A stretch of 64,000 bases of DNA from Eledone cirrhosa (taxonomy: Eukaryota), in NCBI GenBank assembly GCA_964016885.1, contig OZ024747.1:15996001-16060000 (forward strand), given 5' to 3'. Below the pieces are notes generated by a model, which ran no database searches, was not told where the DNA came from, and saw only the letters and a list, made by a program, of their open reading frames with translations. Position numbers and translations under genes: made by a program. Every line of letters begins with the position of its first letter. Position 1 is the first letter of the stretch. This document shows positions 26,216-41,331 of this stretch, in pieces.

Positions 26216-27566
26216 ATATATATGTATGTATGTGTGTGTGTATGTGTGAGAGAGAGAGAATGAAAGAGAATGAAAGAGAGAGAGAGAGAGTGAGAGAGAG
26301 AGAGGGAGTGAGAGAGAGAGAGAGAGTGAAAGAGAGAGAGCAATGAGTAAACGAAATTGTTTTTCTGGAGGGTACCAATTTATTAAATCTTAACGATATC
26401 ATCATAATTGTTTAACACAATTTCTATAGCACCTTTACATGCTAAATACTTTGGATGAACGCTCAAACATAGATGTCTTACAATTTGTCTTCAACGAAGT
26501 CTTCCGCATAGTTGAAGCCAGTATTCTTTAGAAACAAAATCAATCCAATATTGGGAACCTTGCATAACTATTACCATGCATTAAGTGCTTCTGATAAGGG
26601 CAACATATTACGGTGAGATTGACTGTAGTTATTCAGTTTAACAAAGCGAATGTTGTTTCTCATGAAACTCTACTGAGTCAACACTTATTTTCATAATTTA
26701 TATGCAAGTGAAGACATCGCTAAGTTTCAGAAGGCATCTTCATGCTTTAGCATTCGTAATATTGTTTCAGCTATCTGGAAAAGAAGATTACACGGGTATG
26801 AAATCGAGGATAAATGTTGTTCTGAAATAGATGTGTATGCATTTTATTTATATATTTACGTTTTAGTTAAGCTTAAAGATTCTAGTGGGCTATAGCGTCA
26901 ATATATATTCAGAATTATGCAATCACGCCAGACATGTCCGACATAACTCTCTGTTGCTGTCGCTCTTTCAAAGTAATTTTATAATTACTAAACTGCATTT
27001 TATGCTGAGTCAAAACATAATATATATCTGAGTGTAGAACTGTTATTACAGTTCACCCTGAAAGTTGCTGAAAATGCGAACAACAGCACGTGTCTGTAAC
27101 ATTTGCACAGTAGGATACACACACAAACATGTATATATGTTTTATAAAGAGGGTCGATAAGGATAAATATATATCAAATATATAAGAACGGGTTTTTGTA
27201 TGTGGGCGCGTGTTTTTGTTTAGTGCTCGATATACGTGCTATATACGATGGCGAGTCTTTCCGCGTATGCATGTGTATGTACGTATATGGATGCGTGAAT
27301 GTATGTATTTAATTATTGTTGATTTTAAGTCTGAAGCCGAGAATCATTCGGTTTCCTAAATAGAATATTAGTTTACGACTTCATTTATACCATAAACGTG
27401 GTTTAGTCTTTGCGTGTAATTGTTCTCCCGCCGCACATAATGACGTATTATCTTCGCTTTTTTCCGTTCATTGCCAAGAAACGTCTCCACGAACAAAAGT
27501 ATTAATGTTAAGACAAATTACATTCTCAAGTATAAAATATAATTTAGAGATATATCAGATGGTATA

Positions 27567-27688
27567 TAGTGGAAGAACACTGGAAGGTAATATCCGTAGT
27601 GGTAGAGCACTCAGTCCATGGGACGAGTTAGATAGCCGCAAAGGTAAAACAATTATTCTCGGTATGGTGAACTAACTGTTGTGTAACC

Positions 27689-27694
<6 letters not shown>
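27567..27694. mobile_element. Rearranged pLTR fragment of the PLE at 50554-51610
   Basis: The left part is the reverse complement of 51546-51612 and the right part matches 51488-51544. Confidence 0.85.
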
Positions 27695-27760
<66 letters not shown>

Positions 27761-27769
27761 CTCTCTCTC

Positions 27770-27915
<146 letters not shown>

Positions 27916-28754
27916 TATGTATATAGAAAAGCATATCTGCAGTTACGTATATAAATGTACATGTGACTATATATGTGTGTATTTATGTGTAATTAGTACG
28001 TGCGCATGTCTATGCTATATAATACTCAAATAATATAAGAAGAGTAAAGTAAAATTTTATTTAAAAAATATACGAGTGTAAGAATATGTAAAAGAATAAA
28101 TTTTTATTTTAATAAAATATCAAATTTTAATTTGACACATTTAAAATAAAAAAAAGGAATATTTTAAAGTGTTAAAATGGAGGAATATGACAGAAAACAT
28201 AGATATATTGAGATATACCTCATCTAAAATGTATAAAAATACTTTAAATGAATTTAAAATAAAATAAAAATTATATTGATAATAAAATAAGTATAATATA
28301 TTTAAATTCACGTCTTGCAATCATTCTAAAACAAAATATTTCCACATATATCGTATATATTGAGTTGTGACTGCATTACTACATTACTAAGTATCTTTCT
28401 TACTTGATGACACTAATGTATATTACATAAGATATCTTTCTGTTTCTCACCCATACATACATTCACGGTAATAATGTTTAAAGTAATGGTCTCTCTTGAG
28501 ATGTGGTCACTAGTGAATTCTTTGACATAAAACGCATATATTCTATTAAATTAGCGTGGAAAAAAAATGATACTTATTTCTGAAATCGATGAAGATGAAA
28601 AGAAAAGTCAACCCAATTAGAATTGATTTCAGACAGGAGAAATACGCACATACATACACACATAGATGCATACATACATATATACACACATGTATACATA
28701 CATACATACATACATGCATGCATACATACATATGTACATATATGCATACATACA

Positions 28755-28790
<36 letters not shown>

Positions 28791-28843
28791 TACATGGATA
28801 CATACATATATACATACATAATACTATAATTACATACATGCAT

Positions 28844-28912
28844 ACATGATGATGATGGCTGCCCCCTCGTTATCGAGTATGGCCATTGCACAAGAAAAAA
28901 AATATTAATAAC

Positions 28913-28956
<44 letters not shown>

Positions 28957-31420
28957 CAATAATGATAACGACAACAACAACAATAATAATATACATATAT
29001 ATATATATACACACACACGCACACCCATAAACATATCTATACACACACACACACACACACGATAGCAACTAACAGCGCTGCGATCGAATGTGGCATTTTA
29101 GCCCAGCCAATGATCTAAAATGTCTTGCACAGAGTCGGCAACCAAAACATTCACTGGGAATAGTCGGCTGTGGTTGGAGTTCATGTACTTTTGCATGTCG
29201 TTTGAGCCCTCCTGCTGATTTAGATTCCTTACCACATGCTTGGCAAACATGATGAGTAGCATCTCCAACAGCAGCCTGGTAGTTAACCACTGGTCTTACT
29301 TTATGACTGCGAAGATGACTTTCGAGTCCAGCTTTGCTTAGGCAGAGTCACGCACAGACCCTGCATGTCAGCACCATTGGAGGACCCTCGTCGTCTGGAA
29401 GTGCAACAACAATGCCCTTCGTCACATCGCGCTTTACTTTCTCGTATGTGATTCAAGATGCCTCAAAGGCAACTTTTCCCTCATATACAGTCTTTCTCCA
29501 TTTATTACTATCAGCAGTAATATTTTCCCATGTATCAACAGAGATGTTAGCGTCTTTCAAAGAGGTTTTCAAGGAATCCTTATACCTCTTTTTTGGCTTA
29601 TGTGGCGGTCGTTTTCCTTTAACTAACTCTCCATAAAAGAGTTTTTTTGGTATTCTAGAATCCTTCATCCTGGCAAGGTGACCACTCCAACGGAGTCGTT
29701 GCTTAAGCACAAGAGCTTCTATACTGTCACACATAGAGCTTTCCAAAATCTCGACATCAGTGAACGCCATGGACATCAGTGAACGCCATGGATCCGTCTG
29801 AGACACATCTGATGGAAACGCTCAAATTGCTAAAGGCGGTGTCGATACGTGACACAGGTCTCGCAGGCATAAAGAAGAGAAGAGAGCACGCGTGCCTTGT
29901 ACACCTTTACCTTTGTCTTCTTGCATATGTCTCGCCGACCCCAGAGTCGCCTTTCTAGCTTTCCGAAAGCATCACTTGCTTTCCTAATCCTACATGAGAT
30001 TTCACTATCAAGGTTGCTGTATCGATTGACAGTGCTTCCCAGGTAGACAAACTGATCAACCACACCAAGTCGTTTACCATACACATAGATATTCGGTTCA
30101 GTGTACTGCTTACCAGGGGCAGGTTGGTACATGACGACGGTTTTCTTGAGACTGACAGTCAATCCTAGGGCAGTGCAAGCGTCAGAAAATGCATTCAAAA
30201 TGTGCTGCATATCACTCTCTGTGTGCGCTACAAGATCGCAATCATCTGCAAACAAGAGGTCTCTTATGATTGATGTAAATACTTTTGTCTTTGCAGCAAA
30301 GCGCCTGATGTTAAACATGCTGCCTGAGATTCGATATCGGATGTAAACACCATGCTCGCAATTCCTGAATGCAATACAGAAAACCATTGCAAAGTATATG
30401 GCAACCAGGGTCGGTGATGGAATATCCCCCCGTTTCACTCCATTTTTTACTGAGATAGGCTCCGACATGTTACCTCCGACATTAACCCAAGTCTTCATGT
30501 GGTCATGGAAAGACCTAACTAAAGCAAGGAACTTATCAGGGCAACCAAGTTTCTGGAGAACCTTCCATAATGCATTTCTGTTAACAGTATCGAAAGCTCT
30601 TGTCAGATCGACAAAAACCTGATACAGATCCAAACCTTCTTCCATGCACTTCTCCTGGAGCTGTCTAGCTGAGAAGATCATATCAGTAGTGTCGCGTCCA
30701 GCACGAAAACCAGATTGACTTTCAGGAAGAACACAATCTGCAATGTGTGTCAGCAGACGGTCCAGATGCACTCTACATAAAACTTTCCCTACGTCAGAAA
30801 GCAATGATATACCTCTGTAGTTCCCACACTCATTCCTGTTACCCTTTCCCTTGTACAAGACCACCATTACTGCATCTCTCCAGTCCTCAGGTACGGATTC
30901 ATTAGCCCATATCCTGCCAAACAAAGAGTGAATATGTTGCAGGAGTCTCTCACCACCATATTGTAGGAGCTCAGCATGTATGCCATCCATACTTGGAGAC
31001 TTCCCACTGTTCAGCTTCGAGATAGCCACTGCAACCTCCACAAGCGTCGGAGGTTCTGCGAGAGCTACTTTCACAGGACTTTCTAGAATGAGATTGATGA
31101 AATCTTCATTGACGACAGACGGCTGATTCAAAAGATCATCAAAGTGCTCCCGCCACCTTCGTAGAATTCCTTGCGAGTCACGAAGAAGTTCTTTGCCATC
31201 CTTGCTGCGAATCGGTGTCACCAGAGAAGAAGACGGTCCATAAACTTCACGCAAGAGACTGTACAACAGCTTTGTGTTATTGGAATCTGACGCAGTTTGT
31301 ATCTCATCAGCCTTCTCACTCCACCACTGATCCTTCATCTGAGAAAGACTCCGCCTAACACGTGATTTTACATCCTTGAGTACCTCATGCAACGTATTCC
31401 TCTCCTGTGCTTTTGCCTAC
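28844..31420 (-). mobile_element. 5'-truncated RTE-clade LINE (BovB-like) with C-terminal C2H2 fingers and (CAT)n tail
   Basis: ORF 29830-31392 contains GNYRGISLL, LPESQSGFRAGR, VFVDLTRAFDTV, LLFADDC and FVYLGS. It continues as RLRWSGHLARM..RIPKKLFYGEL (29453-29806) and CxxC..GLKRH fingers (29069-29290). Confidence 0.93.
29830..31392 (-). pseudogene. RTE LINE reverse transcriptase (truncated, frameshifted downstream)
   Basis: 520-aa ORF with the non-LTR RT domains listed above. Confidence 0.9.
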
Positions 31421-32470
31421 ATAGATACATACATACATAGAGACATACATACATGATACTTACATACATGTGTACATAATACATATATACACGCATACAT
31501 ATGTAGAGTCATTACATCGACAAAAAACAAAACCTTACTTTTCTTTCAGAGATCAAATTTCACTCAGATTAAATACATATATATATTTTAAGTCTGCGTT
31601 GCCTAGAACGAAGAAATCACAAATTAGAGTAATCTATGCATGGGAAGTAAGTATAAAGAAACTAAAAGCTAAACCCATCCTATGTAGCAAACAAGGTGAT
31701 GCGGTCGGGTTCATATATATAATTACTTGACGGGACTAGCATGAGTTTCTCTGCTAGTACGGGTTGCATCTCAGCGTATTCAATAAGTAATTTTATGTAA
31801 AATCCCAGAGTAGACAATTATTTGCTTCACTACAACACACGTACATGGGTGCCTCCAATCTACACCCGTACTCGAGTTTCGGTCACACTTAATGCAGCAA
31901 TAGAGTGCAAAGCATCCACTGTCTGCATTTATTATGCAACAATGCACAATCGGCGCATGTGGCTTCATCAGCGGGTTTTGCCTAATCAATAACCAATCGC
32001 TCGACAGAATTTGATTCCAGTCCGTGTCAGCTGTGACAGTGAATGTGACGGGCAATACAGTAGTACATTAGCAACTGAAATACCTACCCGTCATCACAAT
32101 GTTGTCAACCGATTTGCTATTGGTTCAGAAATTTACGTCTATATTTATATACATGCTGCAACGCTTATCATCAAATATAAAGAAGTAGGATTAAATAAAA
32201 CCGCGTATTAATATAATACAAAAAGTATGAGAAGAATGTTTCGATTCGCCGTATGAGATGCATTGTACGAGATTAATTCAGAAATAAACAAAGTCTTCAG
32301 GCAAATATAATCACGTAATACATAATAACAACTACTTGTAGACTTTTTAGATGAGACCTTCGATGAATTTCGATGTATATTTGCCTGGCAGTTTATCTGA
32401 CGCACTCCAAACTTTAGCCATCTTGCAATATCACCTCCAAATCTCCATCACCCTCTAGCCATGTCTACAG

Positions 32471-32778
32471 CAGTGCTTCTCAACTATCTGATGTGGCGGA
32501 CCGGAATTTTTTTTCAATGTGCCACGTACTGCTAATTTTCGTAGTAATATTAATTAATACCGGAAACGATATATATAATGAATATCATAATAGTTGACCA
32601 TTTTTTTTATCTTCTATTTATTTTGTAAACAAATAATACAATATCAAAACATATAAGAAAGTAATAAAAAAAAATCCTCAAATCATTCCTTAGCATGGCC
32701 TGGACACTGGCCGCGTGCCGGTAGCTGATGGCTCGCGTACCGGCACCGGTCCGCGGACCACCACTTTGAGTAGCACTG
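32471..32778. mobile_element. hAT (Charlie-like) MITE
   Basis: TIRs CAGTGCTTCTCAA / TTGAGTAGCACTG and 8-bp TSD GTCTACAG / CTCTACAG. Confidence 0.85.
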
Positions 32779-33040
32779 CTCTACAGAACTATGGAGTACG
32801 CTTCCTCTACATGGTATAATAACTCCCGCACTAAGAATCTTGAAAAAACCCTGAATGACGCAGTAAGTTTTATCAGCGGATTTCTTCGTTCTACACAAAC
32901 TGAGTATATGTTTGTGCACCCAGGTAATTCTTTTGCACCTCTTCGCAGAGAGTATCCCGCTGACAGGTTTATAACCAAACTCTCAATAGACTCATGTCAT
33001 CCGCTCCGTGGAGAGTTGCAACGCCCAGGGAATATCACAT
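32779..33040 (+). mobile_element. I-group (Ingi-like) LINE post-RT fragment
   Basis: EYASSTW...LNDAVSFISGFLRST...APLRRE resembles the EY.APVW..LN.A.R.ITG.LR.T..PP.LRR motif. Confidence 0.55.
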
Positions 33041-33089
33041 AATTGCCGCTGTCTCATACGCAAGAGGAAGACGACGACAAAGAAGAAGA

Positions 33090-33480
33090 TCGGAGATGAG
33101 AGACCCACTCCAGATAGAGCCGCTACTTCTCCGAATTGAGATTTCACAGCTCCGATACTATGGACATGTGGTTACAATGTCGCAGGAAAGAATCTCTGGA
33201 CAGATTTTTCGGGTAAAACCAACCAGCAGGAGTGCCAGGGATAGACCCCGAGCAAAATGGTTCGATAACTTGGCTGGTCACGCTTGGGGACCCAGTCCGA
33301 TCCGTTGGAGACGGTTGCTTCTGAAAGGGCTCGCTGGAAGGATCGAGTGAGGACTCTGCCCCCATGACGCTCTCAGGAATAAGTGGGCGAAGAAGAAGAA
33401 GAAGAAGAAGAAGAAGAAGAAGAAGAAGAAGAAGAAGAAGAAGAAGAAGAAGAAGAAGAAGAAGAAGAAGAAGAAGAAAG
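33090..33480 (+). mobile_element. RTE-type LINE 3' end with (GAA)n tail
   Basis: IEPLLLRIEISQLRYYGHVVTMSQERISGQIF...RDRPRAKWFD. Confidence 0.8.
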
Positions 33481-34586
33481 TAAGCAGAAAGCAGGCGATG
33501 TCCTACATAGCCATGTAACCTACTATAAATAGCAGCAAATTATATTTCGTATCACTTCCTCTTATATTTTTTGTAAGGGAATAATGATTGGATAATTTAA
33601 GAGAGGATAATCTGAGTCAGATAAAGAGGGGATAATTATTTTCATAATAGCTCTCCTCAATCAAGGACGACTTGGGGCATCTCGTCAACACCAATACCAA
33701 TAATAATTAAGAAATACATAAATATCTTATATATATAGTGATGGTAGTGTAATAAATCAAAGTATTTACGTTTTAGATAATGAGAAACTAATATCTTCTT
33801 GATAATATAAAACATAAAAAATATGACTCTGATTTATCAAAGTCTTGTATATTATAACATCTAGACGATATTAAATATTATTTATGGCACAAATAAGAAT
33901 GGATGTCTTAGTGCATTAAAGTAGAGTGACGAAGCTCTCCAACTAAAAGTTTGCTAAAGACAAAATATTTTTCTCATTTGTTTGAGATTCATCAGCATTT
34001 CACAAAAATGTATACTAAATATACTTCAATTCATATAACAGTTTTTTATTAAGCAGACATCTTAATGAAAGGAATTAACAGTGATTTAGCTATGAATACA
34101 AGATGAACATTGTTGTGATAATTCATAGATATATGTTAATGTAACTATATATAGTATGTATTTGTATGTTGCATTTAAAATGGACGATATATTTCAAATA
34201 TAATATAACACATTTTGAATAGTCAATCTCACATCAAAACTCTTGTCAAAGAGGATTTGTGAAAATGAAAATATCTCTTAACACGCTAAGGAGTCATTGT
34301 GTAAAATGAAATCATTAATTTGTCCTATACATGTCCTTTCTTTATTTCCTTCTTCAGTGACTTCTGTGCACCAGCGCAAGTCTGCTTGTCCTCCTCCTCT
34401 TTCAATCGTTTTCTGTATTTCATCTGCCTGTCACCCAACGTTTGGATTGTCTCTCTGTTGAGCACTGCCGCAGGTCTCTGTCCTCAGAGGCATTTATGCC
34501 CATCGCTGTCTTTGACAGCATTTAGCTGCTATAACAGCTGTTCTAGCGATGAGGCCTCTCATTTTCTTATATACATATATATGTTC

Positions 34587-34643
34587 GGATCAAGCTGTTG
34601 AAACGGCCGGAGCTCAGCCATCGGGGTCCTGACTCTTTCCTAT
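34587..34643 (+). mobile_element. Family A fragment
   Basis: GAAACGGCCGGAGCTCAGCC..CGGGGTCCTGACTCTTTCCTA, ending at the short-arm terminus. Confidence 0.7.
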
Positions 34644-34646
34644 GTT

Positions 34647-34687
<41 letters not shown>

Positions 34688-34691
<4 letters not shown>

Positions 34692-35455
34692 TAGCGAGGT
34701 TTTTTATATGAAATCGTGTGTCGAAAAAAATATTGTTATACTTGGGGAGGGTCATATTTGTGTAATATTGCCAGAATTAATAACAGAACACACTCACTGT
34801 TTGGTTGGTTTTCGCTTCTCGCTGTCTTTTATATCTGCGATCTAACTTAATCGGTCCTCAATGTTGCCATTGACTGACCGACGGTCAAAAATAATACAGA
34901 TACAATATAGACACAAACACATATATATAGTTTACATAATTTACATAAATCTTTCGTTGCACATCTGCAACATCGTCAGTGGTGTTATATTTTTTCCTCC
35001 TGTTGTGTTGTATGTCTACGCCATTTTTTATTCAGTCTGTCTATATATTTATTTATTTATTTGCTTGTTTGTTTATTTTATTTTGTCTTCTTTGCGCATG
35101 CGTTTGCGTGTGTGTATAGTGTTATGTGTGCTGTGTGACTAGTGTGTATAGTGTTGTGTCTGCTGGATGGCTAGTGTGTGTTTATGTGCTTGTTGTTATT
35201 GTGCTTGTGTATGTATTTATTTATCTTATTTTATTTTATTTTATTTATGTAAATTATGTAAACTATATATATGTGTTTGTGTCTATATTGTATCTGTATT
35301 ATTTTTGACCGTCGGTCAGTCAATGGCAACATTGAGGACCGATTAAGTTAGATCGCAGATATAAAAGACAGCGAGAAGCGAAAACCAACCAAACAGTGAG
35401 TGTGTTCTGTTATTAATTCTGGCAATATTACACAAATATGACCCTCCCCAAGTAT

Positions 35456-35463
<8 letters not shown>
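34688..35463. mobile_element. Family F inverted repeat (arms 34730-34950 / 35243-35463) plus tail, in (TA)n
   Basis: About 220-bp near-identical reverse-complement arms and a 42-bp tail. Confidence 0.9.
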
Positions 35464-35492
<29 letters not shown>

Positions 35493-37095
35493 GTAATATA
35501 TATATATTCAGTAATTTAATTTATAGATTAATTTTAACTTATTTTAACCTTTTATTATAATTTTTTAATTTAGTTTAACCTTTTATTATAATTTTTTTTA
35601 TTATAATTCTTTTACAGATAAAATATAACAATATAATATCATGTATCCTATGACGGAGAAAGAATTTTTAGTATTATTGACCTAATTAATATACATTTTG
35701 GAAATATATTTATTATTTGGTTTTAGCTTTAATCAACCTAAAACTTTAATTTTAACTTTAATTTGCTTAAAATTAGTATCATTGTACAGACAAATTGCAG
35801 AATGTCATGTAATCATGGAATGGGAGGTGTTTTTGGATATATACCTAGTTAATATATTCTGTGCAAATTTTTTGAAAAAGATATGTATATCTATATGTAT
35901 ATGTATATGTGTGTGTTGTACGTGTATCTGTATGTATATTTATGTGACTATATATGTATGTATGTGTATATATATGTATATATATATATATATATGTGTA
36001 TGTATATGTATAGGTATGTGTATGTGTATGTATATGTATATGTGTGCGTATTAATTTTGATTTTTATTTGCATATAATTATATTATGCTATTGATGAAAT
36101 ACAATATCTGCTTTATGTATTGTATACCTAATTAACATATACTAATTAACATATACTATTGAAATAAATATATAATTTTTAACTTAGTTAACATATAATT
36201 TATATGCTACTACCGATGTAATACTTTATTTTATTTTTATTTTTATTTGGGTTTCTTTTCCCTATTCATCTCCTAATATTGATACCATAACGTTATTAAC
36301 TTTAATTTAGTTATAATGTAATTAATAATCTACTACTGTTTGACTTCATAATTCTGCCTCAAATATTATAAACCTAACTAATTTACACCTTGGAAATCAA
36401 TATGTTGACTATCTTTGGTTTAGTTGACATATGATTAATAGTATACTTTTTTATTTTGTGATGCATAGATTTCGTATTTCCTGGCACTGAAAATATGTTA
36501 GGAACATACATTGAATTAAGATATGGAAAATATTATATGTTTCTTGAAACATATATTTACTTTGATCCCCTTCTCCAAACCCCCCCTTTCCCCCATACTA
36601 TTATCATCTGTTTTTGTAAGTGTATATGTATGAATATATGTGTAGATGGGTGTCTATATAGTTTTTTTGGTATTTATTTCTAAATATAAAAATACATATA
36701 TGAGCATGTAAATATGAATGTAAGATTGAGTGTGTATATATGATTGTACATACATATATATGTATATGTATGTATATATATGTATTATATATGTACGTGT
36801 ATGTGAATGTGTGATATGTATATGTGTATGTATATGTATATATGTGTGTGTATGTGTATGCTTGTATATAGGAATATATATGTGTGTATATATGTATATA
36901 TATGTATATGCGTGTTTGTATGTATGTGTATATGGGTTCTGTATATATTTGTATGTCTCTCTATTTATATGTTTATCTTCGTATCTATGTGGTATATGTG
37001 TGTGTGTGTGTGCGTATGCATATGTATGAGTTTGTGTGTGTTTGTATGTGTGTGTGTATATATATATATATGTATTGGCGCACACTCACATACAC

Positions 37096-37126
<31 letters not shown>

Positions 37127-37155
37127 AGTGTGTATGTGTGTCTGTATGTGTGTGC

Positions 37156-37195
<40 letters not shown>

Positions 37196-37225
37196 GTGTA
37201 TGTATGTGTATGTGTGTGTATATAG

Positions 37226-37257
<32 letters not shown>

Positions 37258-37406
37258 GTGTATATAGGTGTCTATGTGTGAATATATGTCTTTATTCGTA
37301 TGTGTGTATTTATATATGTTTATATTTAGGTGTATGTATGTATGTCTATGTATGTATGTATGTGTATGTGTGTGTATGTATATGTGTATATGTGTGTATA
37401 TATATG

Positions 37407-37437
<31 letters not shown>

Positions 37438-37533
37438 TATTCTTTATTATTATTGTAATATAACTTATGTGTATATGTGTATAAGTGAGGTTGTGTATGT
37501 ATATATACTATGTGTATATATAAGAGTAATGAA

Positions 37534-37564
<31 letters not shown>

Positions 37565-37660
37565 CATGTCTGTATTTTATGTGTGTGTGTGGATATATAT
37601 ATATGTGTATGTGTGTATATATGTATGTATATATACATATGTGTGTACGTGTGTGTATGT

Positions 37661-37713
<53 letters not shown>

Positions 37714-37822
37714 TGGATGTTTGTATGTGTTTTTATGGTGGTATGAGTGTGGGATATATATGTTTGTATATAAATGTATGTATGTGTATGTATATATATA
37801 TGAGTCTACGTGTGTGTGTATA

Positions 37823-37875
<53 letters not shown>

Positions 37876-38844
37876 ATGTATGTATGTGTTGCGCGTGTGT
37901 GTGTCCGTATTTATATCTTTTTATATGTGTATGTGTATGTTCGTGTAAATGTATGTGTGTGTATGACAGTATAGGTATGTGTGTATGTATGTATGTATAG
38001 ATATCTCTATGTGCGCGTACATGTATGTATGTGTATGTATATCTGTATGCGTACGTACATTATATTATATGTATTATACTTTATTGTTTTTATTTTTTTA
38101 TTTTTCATAATTTATAGATACATTTATATTAAGGTTGTCTGGTCTGACAGTCTAATACTGACCCCTCCCCCCCCCTCCCACCTAATTTCTGTATCTTGAT
38201 CTTGAAATGTGTGTACCAGTGTGTTTATGTGAGTGACTTAATTTCTATTTGCTTATGATTTTATATCCACATATATAAATGTGAGTGGGGGAGTGTGTGT
38301 GTTTGTGTGTTTGTGGTTATGTGTATATTTATATATATACGCACATGTATGTGTGATTATACTGATATGTGTGAGTATGAAAAAAATATATTTATATGCT
38401 TGACTCCATAAGTATCATTGCGTATCTTATCAGCGCATTAAGCTTACAGAGATATTAACCTTGAAATTTTTTATTTGCATCCATCTTTTTAGTATGCACA
38501 TACAGATTATACACACATTATTGTAAAATGTGTGTGGGGTTTTACATGTATATACACACACCAAACTGCTTTTTAACCCTTTGTGTTTTCATTGGTCAAT
38601 TTTGAACTGATATTTTGAATTGTTGTTATTATCAATAAATATACTTCATTATTTCTGAAGACGGCGTATATATGAGTTAGGTATGTATATTTAATCTTGA
38701 TAATTTGTATAATTTTGTATAATTTTGTACATAGATCTGTTAAATATGCATACCAATTATAACACATATATGCCCTAGAAACGATCGTTAAATAGTGAAC
38801 TTTTTTTGTTTAATATAAGGAATTGTTTGTTCATTATTTGTTTA

Positions 38845-38898
<54 letters not shown>

Positions 38899-39602
38899 CT
38901 TGTGTTTGTGTGTTTGTGTGCTCACGTAAATATATCTACATATATATGCCTATAATTAGATATACACGCACATATATATACAGATATGCATATGTGGGTG
39001 GTCTGGCGTGTGTCCATGTCTATTTCAAATTTAAAACGATTTAGCAGGAACAGAAAATAGAAGCGTCTCCAAATAAAATATATAAGTGAATACAACTAAC
39101 AGGTCTTGAACTCATAACTTACTCGTGAACGGCTCTGCTTTTAATTTCAAATCCTTGCTAGTTTACTAGAAGCATTGCATATAGTATTGTTAGCATTTGT
39201 ACCTACAGAGTTTAGTTATCGTCATAATAATTCACTTAGAGTTTAGTAGCATGCACATAGGGGATCTTCTCTTATAATAATTTCATTATGTGCGAAACGT
39301 AATTACATCAGAAGTCGCTGGCGCTTTTATCAAACGCACAAATACACTCATACATACACGCACGCGCGCACACCCACCTACACACACACCCACACGCACA
39401 CGCACACACACACACACACCCATACACCCCCACACACATACATACACAAACACGCACACACATATATATATAATACATACATATAATACATATAATACAT
39501 ATAATACACAAACACACACACATATATATATATACATATATAAATATACATACATACATACATACATACATACATACATACATACATACATACATACATA
39601 CA

Positions 39603-39636
<34 letters not shown>

Positions 39637-41331
39637 CATATAGTGTCATATATAGTTAAACGCACACTAAATTGACATTTAGCATTGCACAAACAGTAAA
39701 TTAAATATAAATACATATGCTTTGATGTGGTATGGAAAATTTTATTTTAAAGTCTCCAGGTTTGTCATCATTGTAAAATGAGATCTGATGCTATAACATT
39801 GGCCTGTAATTAAATGTATGCAGTAGATTGAATGATTATATTCCAATCCAATATATCTGCTAAGGCTGCATTGTCATTATATGTGCTTGTTGCTCACTGC
39901 GTTGTTAGCAAACATAGCGTGGCCAATATATTAGGAAGGTGTCGCTGTGAGGCCAAATGTTTAACACGTACACATATGGTTCAGTGTTTGATCTATGTGC
40001 TATACTCAAATGTTTCTTACCATAGCACAGGTTCGACCGTAGCCTCTGTGTAAAATTGGGTAGAATGAAACTGCTTAGCAGGTCTATTAGAAAGGCTATA
40101 CTTTTATTACAGGCAGAAGCTTCTAGAATGCTACAGGAAAACCATGTAAATATATTTATTTTTACGCAACTATCAACATTTGAAACTGATTGTCTAAATA
40201 GCTGAGCCTCTGAATAAAATCTCTGGTTTTTGAGTACTTTGTAATATATTCCTGCCGCTGCTGCACTTTCTCTTGTTGTTTGCTGATGTTTACGTTGTTG
40301 TTCATGATTTTGTTATTGTCTATAGAGTATGGTTGATCAAGTGAATATTTGTCCAATGGTTTTCCAACCGTAACTAACACATATATTTTGGCAATACATA
40401 GTTTCTTACCGAGAATGTAATTTCAAGGAATCGGATGAGTATTTCTAGCAGGTGAAGAGGACGCATAAATCCCCCTGCCTAAGATTGCAATGTTATTTGT
40501 GTTCCTGTTAGCCCACAAAAAGTTCTGGTTCCTAGATTTCTGATGAAAGCTGTGCCAACCTTCTTTGTACTAACTTTTTCTGATGAAGATATTTTTCGAT
40601 GCGCCTTTATTTTCCTCATGATGTGATGTCGAATTTCAAGAAGATTCCCCTACTCTGACAATACTGCATTATTTTAAGAGACAGTATATGTATGATATAC
40701 TTATATATTTTTAAACAGTAAGGTTTGAAATCCAGTAGCGCAGAAAACTATTTCCATTCCATCAGTTCGTAGTCGATTAATAAAATACCTTTCCAGGTTG
40801 TTCGATTAGAAGAATTGTTAGAGTATCGGGCATGGTGTCTTGCGTTTCATTATTTCCCTCCTTGCATTCTTCGTTTACCGATAATGGTGTCATGTGTTTC
40901 AGCGTCTGTCTTTCCTTTCGACAACCTCGAAAGAAAGAAAGGTGAGACTTACATGAGAGGGTGAGTGTTGGTCTTTCGCAAAAACTCTCTTATCATTTTA
41001 TGCGATATGAATAGGAAATAAGCCTCTGAAATTCGGACAGATTAAAAGGTGTTTTTGTTTTGTTAGATTAACGCCCTATCTAATCAGCGGTATTTAGTAG
41101 TATTTTTAATTTGTATCGCAGATATGAAATTCTACGATCTCCAACCTACAGAGAGACTAGAATAAATTGGCCAACCCGTTTGCGACTACAACCCGCTTTC
41201 TGATATTTTCACATGACAGTAATATCAGTAATAGTAATAGTACTAGAAATATTCGTCGTAGAAGTAGTAGTAGTGTGGGGATGAAGGAGACGATGAAGAA
41301 GATTGAGTACCAACAAATATATATATATATT

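Noticed and set aside
26470-26800. Possible ancient CR1/L2 RT remnant
   Set aside because: Only vague motif echoes, with many stops.
34688-35463. MITE interpretation of the inverted-repeat families
   Set aside because: The arms are asymmetric (tail on one side only), centres vary between copies of a family, and related families carry hammerheads. No HHR could be folded convincingly in F or E themselves.
40162-40660. Minus-strand exon pair / short ORF
   Set aside because: The implied intron is about 35 bp and the read-through frame stops. No recognisable protein.
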